From the NCBI RefSeq assembly GCF_006345805.1, contig NC_042997.1:102672001-102736000 (forward strand): a stretch of 64,000 nt of DNA. Reading direction: 5' to 3'. Numbering within the stretch: the first letter of the stretch is position 1; every line of letters begins with the position of its first letter. Shown piece after piece: positions 51,640-64,000 of the stretch. Under the pieces are notes generated by a model. That model was given only the letters and a program-made list of their open reading frames with translations. It had not been told where the DNA came from and searched no databases. This DNA is from Octopus sinensis (lineage: Eukaryota). Both the position numbers and the translations under genes were made by a program.

Positions 51640-51920
51640 AATTAATTTAATCAGGATAATATTTCCCTTCATTATTGTTAACACAATTCCATCCATTTGT
51701 CAAATTGCTGATCCCTCGGACGGAAAATACTTCAGGTTTTGAAGCAAAGAAACTCTCCATACAATTTTTTAACCACTTTATAATTAATATATTGTTTTTC
51801 CTGTAAATAATGTTGCAATGATCTGAAAAGTTAACAGAGATGGAGCAAGGCTAGGAGAGTAAGGAGAATGTGGCAAGATTTACATATTTAGGGCCATAAA
51901 CTTTTCCTTGGTGACTAGGG
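51640..51920 (-). pseudogene. Mariner C-terminal fragment
   Basis: Minus-strand remnant ESFFASKPEVFSVRGISNLTNGWNCVNNNEG. Confidence 0.5.
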
Positions 51921-53889
51921 AAATATGTAGTTATGTAACTACATATTTCCCTTGTCTCCAAGACAGTCCTTTATAGGTGCGAAACGAATGATCCCTCTCT
52001 GACCGGCCATAACAAACAAACACACACACATACTGATACGTATGTATGTTTGTATGTATATATGTACGTACATATGTATGTATACATTGGGGTGTATTTT
52101 TGAATTTGTGCTTGTATCCCACTACTGCTTGATAACTGGTGTTAGTTTGTTTACGTCCGCGTAAGTTTATTTACAATGTAAAGAGATAAGAAATGATTTA
52201 TCTTCATTATAAACACCAAAGTAATGTAAATATCATAATTCTGTTTAGACAACAAATTAACGAGTATTAACATCCTGTATCAGTATTGGCAAATCCACGT
52301 ATGCTGACAGTACTTCATAAGTTTATTTAAAACGTGGTTAGGGATATTTTTAGTTTCCTTCAAGACACAGACTTACCATAAGAGTTAATTCTATAGTTTG
52401 CTCTTTTTAGTAAAGCTGATTAACGTCTTTTTATTTCAGTACAAAGATAAATTTTTATCAATTAAACTAAGCAAAAATTCCACCTCGTTTAGACTGCAAC
52501 TCGTAAAATCGTAAATTTATTTAGAAAGAAACGTGATAGGAAATATTTTATGGCTAATTTTATTTAGTAAAGCTAATTAACGACATTTTATCGCATTTAG
52601 TAAAATTTTATTTCGCAACCATATTAACATAAATCCACGTCGTTTACACTGTGCTTCGTAAGTTTTCTTACGAAGGAACGTGATAGGAAATATTTTAATT
52701 TTTCCTTATAGACAGACGTCGTGTAGGCAAAATCCTATATTTCATTTCCTTCAACTAAAAAAGGTAGCATTTAATATCAACAGAAGCAAACCCTTGAAGT
52801 TTATACAGATTTCCTTAAGTTTATTTGCAAAGAAATATGAAATATTTTAATTTTTTCTTATAGAGACCTAAGATTTATACATCACATCTCGTTTTATTAT
52901 TCGACCTTGCTTCATTCTCTCATAACAACTCCACTGTAAATTGCTTTGGAAACTACGAACAACTAGTCAAGAATAATTAGAAAAAATTATCTTAACTGTT
53001 CAACTTTCACCCCAAATTGCTATAACTTCTTTTCTTCTTGAGCAAGCTGACTTTATTGTAGCAAATGGAAGAAATATGTTTATTTCTAATGGCATGGAAT
53101 ATGACCTGATAATCTGCTTGCATTGGGTTTGAAGAGCTATGGCTTCTATAGACCAATAGTGCAAACGGAAAGAAAAAAAGATGTAATGATTGCATCATAT
53201 AATTCTGCAGGACAATGTAATATAGCATAAGGCAAGCTCAAAGAGATTAGCAACGAAGTTTAGGCAGAATCTAGCCCTAACCCTAAAGACCAGAACAGAG
53301 AAACCAACGCCGGTCTGAGGATGATGTCAATAAAGCACAAATGACCTTTAATGGCTGCAACACCACTTCTCATAGCAATAATAGAGAAGTTGCCACTGCG
53401 AAAAAAGGACGTAAAGGAAAACCACATAGAAAAGACAATTATAAGGAAGACCATAGAAACAAGATAGATAGATACCAAGACTAAAAAGAAAAGGAATAAA
53501 AATTAAAATACTAAGGAAAAAAACCAATAATAAAGACAAGAAAACTCAAATCGAAACCCGAATCATCTATAGATTCTATGTAAAGTATGTCTACTAGCAT
53601 TGAAAGAAGATAGAGACAAAATGCCGCTGCGTTGACCTTAAGTGCAGATAAAGGAGAAATCAAGCTAATAATTGTTCTCCAATTCACTCAAAAAGCAGAA
53701 AACAAAATACATCCGTGAAAGCCTACAACTTGCAAAGAACACTACCAGCAGTAAATATGATACAATGTATATCATCTGTACTCACCAAATACAATATGAA
53801 AATGTATTGCAAGCTGCTGTCGTCCAACAAAAAGATTTTGTTAAATGTGGTACAAAAGATAGTGCACCAGTTGCCATGATTACAAACGA

Positions 53890-55060
53890 AATTGAGTCAA
53901 AGCCATGCGTACCTAGATACAAGGTTACCACAAGTAATAGACCCACAATGGTCTCAATTGCCGACAAACCAAACTTCATTTGCGCCGAAAAGCTCCAATA
54001 CGAACATTTCAGAATGTTTGGGTGTCAATCTGAGAACAGTGCTGAGGATTCGGAAAGAATTGGATGAGTCTAATGGTGATTACAAAGGTACAGCAGCTCA
54101 GAAAACGCACTCTGATCGTTCTGATAAAAAAGAACTCCTGAATCTGTTGGTGAGATTCCAGGCCATGATTGACAACGATTCTTCCAAGTCAATCAGGTCT
54201 ATCGCCAGGGACATGGGAGTGTCTGAGTTTCTTATCAGGCAGGTAGTGTATCAAGACATTCGGTATTCTTCATAAAAAATGAGAAAGGGCTTATTTATAT
54301 CCCAAGCCATCAAGCATAAAAGGAAAGAACGCGCTGCAAAGCGTTTGAACAAATTCAAGCTTCCTCTCTAACCGAAAATGTTTTGACTTTTCTCAGACGA
54401 GAAAAAATTCTGCCAGGATCAGATGGCAAACACTCAGAACAACGGTTGGTTTGCCGTGTCTCCAAAACATGTACCAAGAGTGATAAAAATCAAACATCCA
54501 GTCAACATCATGGTGTTTGGTGTGATCACTAGTGATGGCGACGTTATGCCCCTATTCAACTTCTTACACGGCCTTAAACTCAACACAGAGGCCTACATCC
54601 AGTGCCTGGAGGAGGTAGTGCTGCCCTGGGTGAAGAGGGTGGCTGCTGGAAGACCCTATGTCTGGCAACAGGACTCTTCACCATTCCACACAAGCAGGAG
54701 AACCCAGTCATGGTTGTCAGACAATTTCTGCGACCACATCACCACTAATATCTAGCCACCTAACTCCCAGACTAAATCCTCTTGAGTATTATGCGTGGGG
54801 TGCAGTTGAGCGAGAGACTAACAAAGCTCCTTGTAACACCAAAGAGGAACTGAAAGCAAGGATTATAGCAGTATTCACCAACTTAAACATGGAAACCGTT
54901 CAAAAGAGATGCAGAAGATTCTGAAGTCGTCTGGAGGCCGTGGTCGAAGGCGATGGTAAATTTATTGAATAAATTTACTCTTTAGTATTTCAAGATGTTT
55001 TTATGTAATTTTGGTAAATATATCTACATAATTTAGACGACAATTTATTCTTCGAACCTT
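53890..55060 (+). pseudogene. maT (DD37D)-type transposase relic
   Basis: FSDEKKFCQDQ, KHPVNIMVFGVITSDG, YVWQQDSSP and PPNS..NPLEYYAWGAVE; stops and frameshifts. Confidence 0.8.
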
Positions 55061-55087
55061 CTATACACACACACACGCACGCGCACG

Positions 55088-55176
<89 letters not shown>

Positions 55177-56059
55177 CACGCTGTAGCTTCCAGTCAATAA
55201 GCAAATATTAAAACGGGACCAGTGCACTGATTTGTCCCAGGGTCTATAACGTTGCTAAGACTGCTTTGAGGGGATCCAACATGGTTTGCTACGCTACCGT
55301 GCTATGCTGTTGTACACTATACCGTAATGTATTATTCTATAATGATCAAATGGATGAAACGATTGGCTAACAGACAAAGAAAACAGTCTACTTTGTCAGT
55401 CCATAACTGTGAGTTCATAACCGTGTTTTGCTATACATGAGGCAGGTGATAAGCTTAAAAGATTATCAACTCAATTACTTGAGATATTCACATTATCTAT
55501 TTTACAAGTATGAAAACGGAATACGATATTGTATCATAATAATATTTTAAAATTACATGTTTTTTAATTGTTTGTACAATCGTGCTTGTGTTTTTTTCTG
55601 TTTTTTTTTTAAGCAATACAGTACTCATTTCTGTGATTCTATACCATTTAATAAGTGTAAATGGTACAGAATCACAGAAGGTAAATCTTCGCTTTCGCAA
55701 ACTCACGAATGCCTGGTCAGTTTTACAATAGAGCTGCTGTTTACACTACGAACTAAACCAAGCGTGGCACTTAAATAACACCTAGGTAGACTCGATCATT
55801 CAGATTAAATTGGTTTTGTCGGAGGTACAATATACTGTTGTTAACTAGTTGTCAGGTACCCAATCAACTTAGCAACACTCGTGCACTCTCTCTCTCTCTC
55901 TCTCTCACTCTACCTCATACACATACACACACACACATATATGTATATAAACACTGTACATTCATATATGTATAAACACAATACATATATATACACACAC
56001 ATTATACACACACACATGTATATATATGTGTATATATATATTTATATATTTAACATTTT

Positions 56060-57122
56060 TTTTATTTTATCAGTTTCAACTCAAAGATTTTGCCATGCTG
56101 GGGTACCGCCGTTTTGCTACACTGTTATTATTGAGAGCCTCCTCTGATATGTGACATTTGGTGAATAAGGGAGTTTGATGTCGCTATCCTCATTAGCAGC
56201 ACTTGCCGCGAGCAAGGTTCATCTAGGACCCCCGACAGGAAGAGATCTAGTTTTGATTTGAAAACACCTACATCTGTTTTGTGTAAGTCTCTCAGACTCT
56301 TTGGGAGAATATTAAAAAGTAGTGGGCACCTGAAGCACAGGTTGTTGCAGTAACTAGTCCTGATGCGCGACGGCATTGCTGGGATCTTTGGTACTGTGCA
56401 CTGGCGACCCGTTCTGGCATTTGTATAGGGATTGTGCCAAAATTTGGCACAATCCCTTCCAGGATCTTCTTGACGCATATTGCTGCATATCTCTCCCGTC
56501 TTCACTCCAGGGAGTAGAGTCTTAGCTGCTTCAGCTTTTCCCAATAGCTGAGCTGTTGCAATGAGACGATCTTCTTTGTGAAGCTTCGCTGAATTGCCCC
56601 AAGGTCCGCTGTTAATTTTACACTGTGGGGTGACCGTAGCTGGGAGCAGTAGTCCAGGTGGCTGAGGACGAATGTCCTCCAGAGGACAAACATGGTTTCC
56701 TTCACTCTGGTTCTGAAGGTTCTCAGGATCCAGCCAGTCAGTTGTCTGCACTTTGTCGCCATCTTGCTAATATGCACTTACAAAGAGGTATCACCACTCA
56801 TGTCGATACCTAGGTCCCGCATTGATTTAGGTTTTGGAATTGTAATCCCCCGTGGGCCAGAATACCCTGTAAGTTTTACGTTCAGTTTCGGGCGCTAGTA
56901 GCGCAGGTCTCGAGATTTTCAAGCATTAAACTGCATATTGTTGCCCTCAGCCCATCCGTAAATTGAGTCGAGCTCTTGCTGCAGGTGTGCAACATTGCTA
57001 GGATTTTGTATTTTCTGCGAGATACTTGTATCGTCTGCGTAGCTAGGGTGGCTATCGAGGCAGCTGAGGGCATATCTGAGAGGGCTACTATGAAAAGCAG
57101 TGGCCTCAAGACAGTACCCTGT

Positions 57123-57125
<3 letters not shown>
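56060..57125 (-). pseudogene. CR1-like LINE 3' fragment, truncated at the PQG motif into (CA)n
   Basis: PQGTVLRPLLF, YADDTSIS and LSYWEKLKQLRLYSLE; tail GGCGGTACCCCAGCATGGC. Confidence 0.85.
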
Positions 57126-57177
<52 letters not shown>

Positions 57178-57398
57178 CACACATACATTCTTTTCTTTTA
57201 TTCTTTTTCTTGTTTCAGTCATTTGACTGCGGCCATGCTGTAGCCCCGCCTTTAGTCGAAGAAATCGACCCGAGGACTTATTCTTTGTAATCTTAGTACT
57301 TATTCTGTCGGTCTCTTTTGTGGAACCGTTACGTTTCGAGGACGTAAACATGCCAACATCGATTGTCAAGCGATGGTAGGGGGACAAACACACACACA

Positions 57399-57466
<68 letters not shown>

Positions 57467-57623
57467 TACACACGACGCGCTTCTTTCAGTTTCCGAATAT
57501 CAAATCCACTCCCAAGGCTTTGGTCGGACCGAGGCTATAGAAGACACTTACTCGAGTAGCCTTTATATACATACATATATATATGTAAGCACTGTATATA
57601 CAAACACACATATATAAACATAC

Positions 57624-57665
<42 letters not shown>

Positions 57666-57746
57666 GCACATACATACATATATACATATATACATATATA
57701 TATATATACATATGTAACTACATATATATATATATATACATATACA

Positions 57747-57798
<52 letters not shown>

Positions 57799-58114
57799 TA
57801 TACAAATATATACATATATATACATATATATACATACATATATATATATATATATATCCCCGTTACTTAGCGGTTCGGCAAAAGAGACCGATAGAATAAG
57901 TACTGGGCTTACAAAAGAATAAGTCCCGGGGTCGAGTTGCTCGATTAAAGGCGGTGCTCCAGCATGGCCACAGTCAAATGACTGAAACAAGTAAAAGAGT
58001 AAAAGAGTAAAAGAGTAATATATATATATATACATATACATACATATATATAGATAGATAGATTGATAGATAGATACATATATATATACACATACATATG
58101 TACATATACATATA

Positions 58115-58498
58115 TCTCTCTATATATAAACGGCAGTTTGTCTGTGCGTGTTTCTGTGTGTCTGTTTGCTTGTACCCTCACCCTGACCACGGCTTTCAAC
58201 CGATTCTGATGAAACTTGACACACACATAGCCCAATGTCATAATTCAAAACTAACGCAGCGAAAATATTGAAAAGTTCCCCCAGTTCTGAAAAAAATCGA
58301 TAAATTCGACATGGGGTCGAGAATCAGAAACACAAACCACAAACTGTCTAGGGGACGCAACTCCACCTTTTTTAAATCTCAAAAAAAATTTACCATCATT
58401 TTTTTCCATTTTTTTGCTATTTTTTGGCTATAACTCTCTAAAAATGCTTTATAGTTATTTCCCTTACAAACCTGAGCAACGCCGGGCGATACTGCTAG
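58115..58498 (+). mobile_element. Non-autonomous Helitron
   Basis: A|TCTCTCTATATATAAA 5' end; subterminal CCTG..CGGG hairpin; ends CTAG|T. Confidence 0.75.
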
Positions 58499-59162
58499 TA
58501 TACATATATATACTGTATAATCAAAATATGAAACAAGAAGTAATGCAGTACGATCGTTTCATGTAACTCAATTTAATTGAAAAATGAAATAATTAAATAA
58601 ATTTAAAGTGTAGAGCAATATTCAACTGCACAAAGACATAGAATTTGATCAAAATAGAACAGATATACACATTAGTATAATTATACCTAAAATCTCCAAG
58701 AAGTTGAGGAGATAGACAAAGAACATGTTGTCTCTACTTCAGCATAGAAGTTACTAAAATTATCAAGAAGACTCTGCCTGCTAGTGATTTTTTTTCTTAA
58801 TGGGGGTCAGTTTTAATTTATAGACTAGTTTATCAAATCCCTTGTATATCTAAGGCTGAGACAGAAAATCTACATCGTGGATTTTTCAGGCTAATATATG
58901 TAAATTTATATCGCCTACTCCTCAGTATAACCGGGCTTCTGCGGCCGATAGGCATTTATATTTTTTTAGATTTTAATTATTTGTGCGTGAGTTTTGGAAC
59001 GTAACACCCGTGATACTCGAGGGATTACTGTATTATGATTAATGACACTGAAAATATTAAAAAAATGAGGCTAATTTAATGTGCTAATAATTTTAATGAA
59101 TCAAGTATTATAACATCGATATGATACTGTATACCTACTTTTGCAACCTCACTGTATATATA

Positions 59163-59361
59163 TATTTCGTTTTGGGATTTGGTTTGCAAGATTCCTTATG
59201 TGAGTTCGTGTGTTGAAGCATATTCTATTGTGTCTAGGGAGAGTCATTCTCTTTTGGTGCCTTAATGATTTTAGGAAAATAAAATCGAAATAAGTGGAAA
59301 TTTTACTGGTGAGTGTGTTAAATTATAAGGCACCAAAAGAGAATGACTCTCCCCAGACAAA
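59163..59361. mobile_element. Foldback insertion, sibling of 11433-11726
   Basis: GTCTAGGGAGAGTCATTCTCTTTTGGTGCCTTA vs TAAGGCACCAAAAGAGAATGACTCTCCCCAGAC; TSD-like AC(T/A)GTATATATA at 59151 and 59362. Confidence 0.75.
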
Positions 59362-60044
59362 ACAGTATATATACATACATGTATATATACATATTCATAC
59401 ATACGTATATAAATATACATACATATGTACACACACACACATATGGGGAAAATATAAATAAAACGAAGACGAGGTAAAAGATAAACAAACAAGTGTATAT
59501 TAGGTTTATGCTCAGGAAATTGGAGAAATTCGGAGAAATTCGAAGGAGAAATTCGAAGGAGAAATTCGAAGGAACATATATAAATATATACTACATAAAT
59601 GAAAGTATCTGTTTGTATGTAAGCGGCTGACACTTTTTCTAATCGACGCTGCTAAAGTATAGTTTACAATTCTATTATACATGGGATAATTCAGTAGATA
59701 GAATTAATTTCTAACTTAGGTACAAGGTTACATATTTTGGATGTCTTTAACAGTTAATTATATCGATCCAGTACTTGATTAGTTCTTACTGATCCGGCCT
59801 CGGCTGTATCGTTCCTACTGAACCGGCCTCGGCTGTACTGTTCCTACTGAGCCGGATTTCCAGAGGTTGGGACTGGGGTTACCTGCGCCCCGACCAGGAA
59901 TGCTAGATTGTATTTCATGGGCTACGTCAAAGAGTGGGGAAAAATATACTTCACTGAAATCGCTTTTGAGAATGAAATAATTTACTGTTATAAAGAACAA
60001 ACAAACTAAGCACAAGAACTTTACTATTTCACACGTGGTGAACC

Positions 60045-60432
60045 TCTATATAAAGCTGATGTTGTCTGTGTATGGCAGGTTTGATAGCCTTCAACTAACA
60101 CTATCTCCTCTGAGACCCTACGGCGCAAGTTGTCCAAAATTGAGAGTATGATAGAAGACGGCTTGCTCTTCCTTCCGTAGAAGAAAAAATTCAAATCGGA
60201 CCATGTTAACACCAAAAATTATTTACATCAAAAAGGTGCTTTTTTTTCTATGAAAATCCCTATTTTTTACGATTTTTTTGACTGCTGTGTCGCCATTTTT
60301 CGGTGTATCTCAACCAGAAAAATGTTCACTTAAAGAGAATAACAAGTTACATAATGCAAAATTTTTACTTTTCAAAAACTCTAATTCTAAAGGGTCGAAA
60401 CAAAGCCGAGCAACGCCGAGCGATGCTGCTAG
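60045..60432 (+). mobile_element. Second non-autonomous Helitron family
   Basis: TCTATATAAAG start; 3' GAGCAACGCCGAGCGATGCTGCTAG|T, nearly the same as the 58498 end; different interior. Confidence 0.7.
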
Positions 60433-60656
60433 TTTTAAAATAAATATTAAAGTTTTTTCATTTTTATTTTCAAATTTGATAATACTTTTGTTGGTGTTTG
60501 CAAAAATTAATCAAACATTTTCTTGTGGTGCAAGATATGAAAAATGGTTAGGAATCACTTGACAGAGTCTTGTGATACAAAAAGAAAGGAAAGAAAATTA
60601 AAGAGTTTCACTGGTATATGAAGCACACACGTAATCGGTTGATATGTCGAGCAACT

Positions 60657-60729
60657 GATTCCATAGTGTAGTCGTTATCACGTCTGCCTAACACACAGAA
60701 GGTTGTGAGTTCGATTCTCGCTGGAACCT
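60657..60729 (+). tRNA. tRNA-Val(AAC)-like gene, probably a pseudogene
   Basis: Cloverleaf GATTCCA..GTG/CAC..TCTGC CT-AAC-AC ACAGA..GTGAG TTCGATT CTCGC TGGAACC, TTTT shortly downstream. Defects: A2.C71 mismatch, anticodon-stem C.A mismatch, D-loop GG>CG, T discriminator. Confidence 0.65.
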
Positions 60730-61313
60730 GATTTTGAATTAAGACGGAGAACTGGCAGAATCGTTACCGTGCCAGAAAAAAAAAGTTTACCGGCATTTCT
60801 TCTTACTTTATGTTTCATCCTTTCGAGATCGGTAAAATAAGTACTGAAGTCGATGTAATTGACTTATCCCCTTCCCCGAAATTGCTGGCCTTGTGTCAAG
60901 ATTCGAAACCAGTTGGGTGATATACCTAAATTCAACACTGCTTATATGTGAGTGAAAAGATTACAGTTATGTCAAGAGAGATTTTATTTAAAAAGCAATA
61001 AACAGGATATTCTAACAACATTTCATAGTAACAAAATAGAAATCGAAAAGAATTACTGAAAATATATGAAATTAAATGAAAGAGAAAAAAAAACGACAAA
61101 AAACAATATTTGTAAACTTATATTTGTAAATAAATATTCTTTCGTTTCCGGTATTGGTTTGCGGCCGGAAACCATCGCCTTAAAGGGTTTACTCGGACAA
61201 ATCGACTCCAGTAGTTTTTCTTCTTAAGTCTGACTCTTATTTCGTTGGTTTATTTTACTGAAACTCTAAGTTACGGGAACGTGAACAAATCAATACCGTT
61301 TGTCAAGCTGTAA

Positions 61314-61351
<38 letters not shown>

Positions 61352-62521
61352 GACGGATTTCTATACAGTTTCTGTCTATCAAATTGATTCACAGGACATT
61401 GGTCATCTCAGTTCCATAGCAGAAGACACTTTTCCAAAGTGGCATGCAGTGAGACTGAACCTGAAATCAACTCGTTGCAAAGTGAACTGCTTAACTATAC
61501 AGCCATGCCTAACTAGACCAGATTAAGAGAGGAAAAGAAAACAAACAAAAATCCTGCAACCAAAAACGAAACAACAAAAACAAAAAAAGCATAATTACTT
61601 ACACCGAAACTGGTTTTGAATTGATTCAATAAGAGATATATATTTAATCCAACGCAGAACATGATCAAAATTCCTATAAGTGTTTTCGCCAGAGGAAAGA
61701 TATGTCTGTAATGCTAGTTGACTGAAGGGAAGAAAGGTAATATCAGTAATGCTGCCTTACTGAAAGAATAAATACTAGAGCGGTGACAAATTACAGAATA
61801 TATGCTGTAACATGCTACTACACAAATATAATAGAAAAAAACAAACAAACCACAAACAAATATTAACGTCACCTGAATAACGACTTGTCAAAATGAGATC
61901 TTCAGCGATTACGAGGTGAGCTGTTAATATGAAGTTATTTCTTGGCCGTTGCTTGTCGATTAAAAGGTAAGCTTCCAGTGACCCGAATTCGTGATCCGGT
62001 TTCCTGTCCCGGTTAAAGCTATTTCGCGCCCGTTACGACGATAACTGTATTGGGAAAGGCATGAACATCACTTAATGAGATGGTGGTGATTTTGCTTTTG
62101 TAAGCATTACCTTAAACTTTTGTTTGATGATTTTTATATTAGAGAGAGAGGGAGAGAGGGAGAGAGAGAGGGAGAGAGGGAGAGAGAGAGAGGGAGAGAG
62201 AGAGGGAGAGAGGGAGAGAGAGAGGGGGAAAGGTAGGGAGGTGGTGGAAATTAAAGTTTTTCATATACCTACTTCTCTTACAATCCAAGTAGGGAAATGC
62301 TCCTTAGGACCTTTGACAATTTCCACCAGTTGAGTCGATAAGTAAGCTAGTATACCGTTTCAGCTTTAGGAATGGCACGTTTTTGGCATAACCATTTTGG
62401 CGCCGCCTACATCGTTGATTTTGTTTTAAACCAAATCTAAACGGAACAAAGCTTCACTGCCACAACTTTATATGGATTCACTAATATATAAGATTGATAC
62501 TTAAGCGACTCAGATGGTTAA

Positions 62522-62995
62522 GAATAGTAATGTTTATATGCCACAAAATGTGACAGTCCTATAAAGGACGATGTTACTGTTGTTTTAGCCCCAGGAAAAC
62601 ATCTTTTCCAGCTGGCTATCGACACAGAGTTTGTGTCCGTATAGCATTTACAAAGGAGGTCAGCCTTATGTGATACTCACAGACCTAGGTTTCTGAATGT
62701 TATCCATCTTCAGTGTGAGACCACCATAAGCTAGTGATGAAAGCTTCCTCTATTTGAAAATACTGTCTTTTTTTAAGCGACACACAGTCGATGGGCTTGT
62801 ATAGAGAAAAACAACTCATTTTAAATCTCTGAGCGAGAGATATACAGTAACAATACAGGATAGTAATGTTTATATGCCAACAGAATGTGGCAGTCCCTTA
62901 AAGAACGATGCTACTGTTGTTTTAGCCCCAGGAAAACATCTTTTCCAGTTGGCTATCTACACAATTTGTGTCCATATAGCATTTGCAAGGGAAGT
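62522..62995 (+). repeat. Diverged ~135-bp direct repeat (period ~337 bp)
   Basis: ATAGTAATGTTTATATGCCA...TTAGCCCCAGGAAAACATCTTTTCCAG at ~62524 and ~62861. Confidence 0.8.
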
Positions 62996-63928
62996 TTGCT
63001 GTTACTGTATATAGCCTTGCTTACTTAACCACTGTAAAACTTCTGCAAAAGCAATATTAGGTGGAGTTTTGGAATGGCTAATCCTTCGAAGCCCTTTGCC
63101 CCAAAGGGAAGGTGAAAAATGTTTCTTCTCTTTATTTTTTTTTTTTTAGTATTCCTTACGCTTGTATTTATTTATCCTCATCATCATTTCTTTATATCGT
63201 TTAAGATTGAATCAAATATTAACAAATTAATTTCAGAAAGATAACTTGAAATAGAAAACTCAACCAGTCACGAATATATATAATTATTATAGCTCTCATA
63301 GACACAAACTTGTACTTATTTAGCCATCTAAATGGAGGAAGTTTCTTAACCATCTTAGTTGCTTAAGTATCAATCTTATATATTAAGTACCTGATTTAAG
63401 CCGCTCAAGCGGCTCGCAGTAGATCTTTGTTATCGTTTGCTTTGGGCTTAAAAGTTCAAAGTGGACTAAACATTTCATATCTCACCAAACAGATAACAAC
63501 ACCTTATGTGGATGAAGACTTTCTTTAGCCTGGGGTTCCGGTTTTTCTCTCTTCCCTATCCACTGTCTTCGGCACTTGACATTTTTATGGAGAGCCTATT
63601 TCTCATCATCAGTCACTATTCGGTCCCAAAAAAGGTTCATTCATGAGATGTGAGAGAAAAGAAGCACACGCGATTAGACTCCGTTGTCTTGCCTGTATTG
63701 AACTTATAAAGCAAAATATGCCGAATATACTCCTTTGTTAAGTCCATTTTAGCTTGGAAAAGATTAACTGTTAAAATTGAACTGTACTCTTCAAAACTTG
63801 CACTAAGAATAAGTACAAGGTAAAATTACTACCTGATTTTATAGTAAGCTGATACAGGTAGTTTATCCTGCCCCCCTCTGACATTTAATTTAAGCAATTG
63901 AAGAAACAGCATTATCTATGGGATGACC

Positions 63929-63984
<56 letters not shown>

Positions 63985-64000
63985 TCATATATATATATAT

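Noticed and set aside
59511-59575. GAAATTCGAAGGA-type short repeats and the 30-bp repeat at 59790-59850 as CRISPR-like arrays
   Set aside because: Contiguous tandem repeats with no unique spacers, in a eukaryotic context with no cas genes.

Overview
AT-rich, repeat-dense animal DNA. The microsatellite-laden tRNA-SINE, CR1, Penelope and mariner landscape looks like Octopus, which is an inference from repeat families I recall. The one host gene I can support is a minus-strand LRRC74A/B-like leucine-rich-repeat gene. I reconstructed it by hand from 8 phase-compatible coding exons (49496 down to 3549, about 421 codons); it is 3'-incomplete and probably continues past the left edge. The rest is intronic or upstream: SINEs, CR1-like LINE fragments, two Penelope-like (PLE) retroelements, mariner/Tc1/maT, hAT and Chapaev-like DNA-transposon relics, non-autonomous Helitrons, a degenerate tRNA-Val and long microsatellites. 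Most ORF-track entries are microsatellite artefacts. The most interesting signal is a set of non-coding elements carrying minimal type-I hammerhead ribozyme motifs with palindromic helix III. (i) A ~542-bp head-to-tail repeat with one hammerhead per unit (retrozyme-like), plus an inverted copy whose deletion junction falls at the predicted cleavage site. (ii) A tRNA-head + microsatellite + hammerhead-tail element in a head-to-head pair. (iii) A dispersed family with an invariant helix II. (iv) A degenerate hammerhead in the 3' region of a Neptune-type PLE, the likely mobiliser. Several insertions are foldbacks, two of them bounded by TSD-like repeats. A SINE also forms 184-nt multimers with an invariant junction. 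All folds, alignments and family names were assigned by eye or from memory; nothing was computed or searched.
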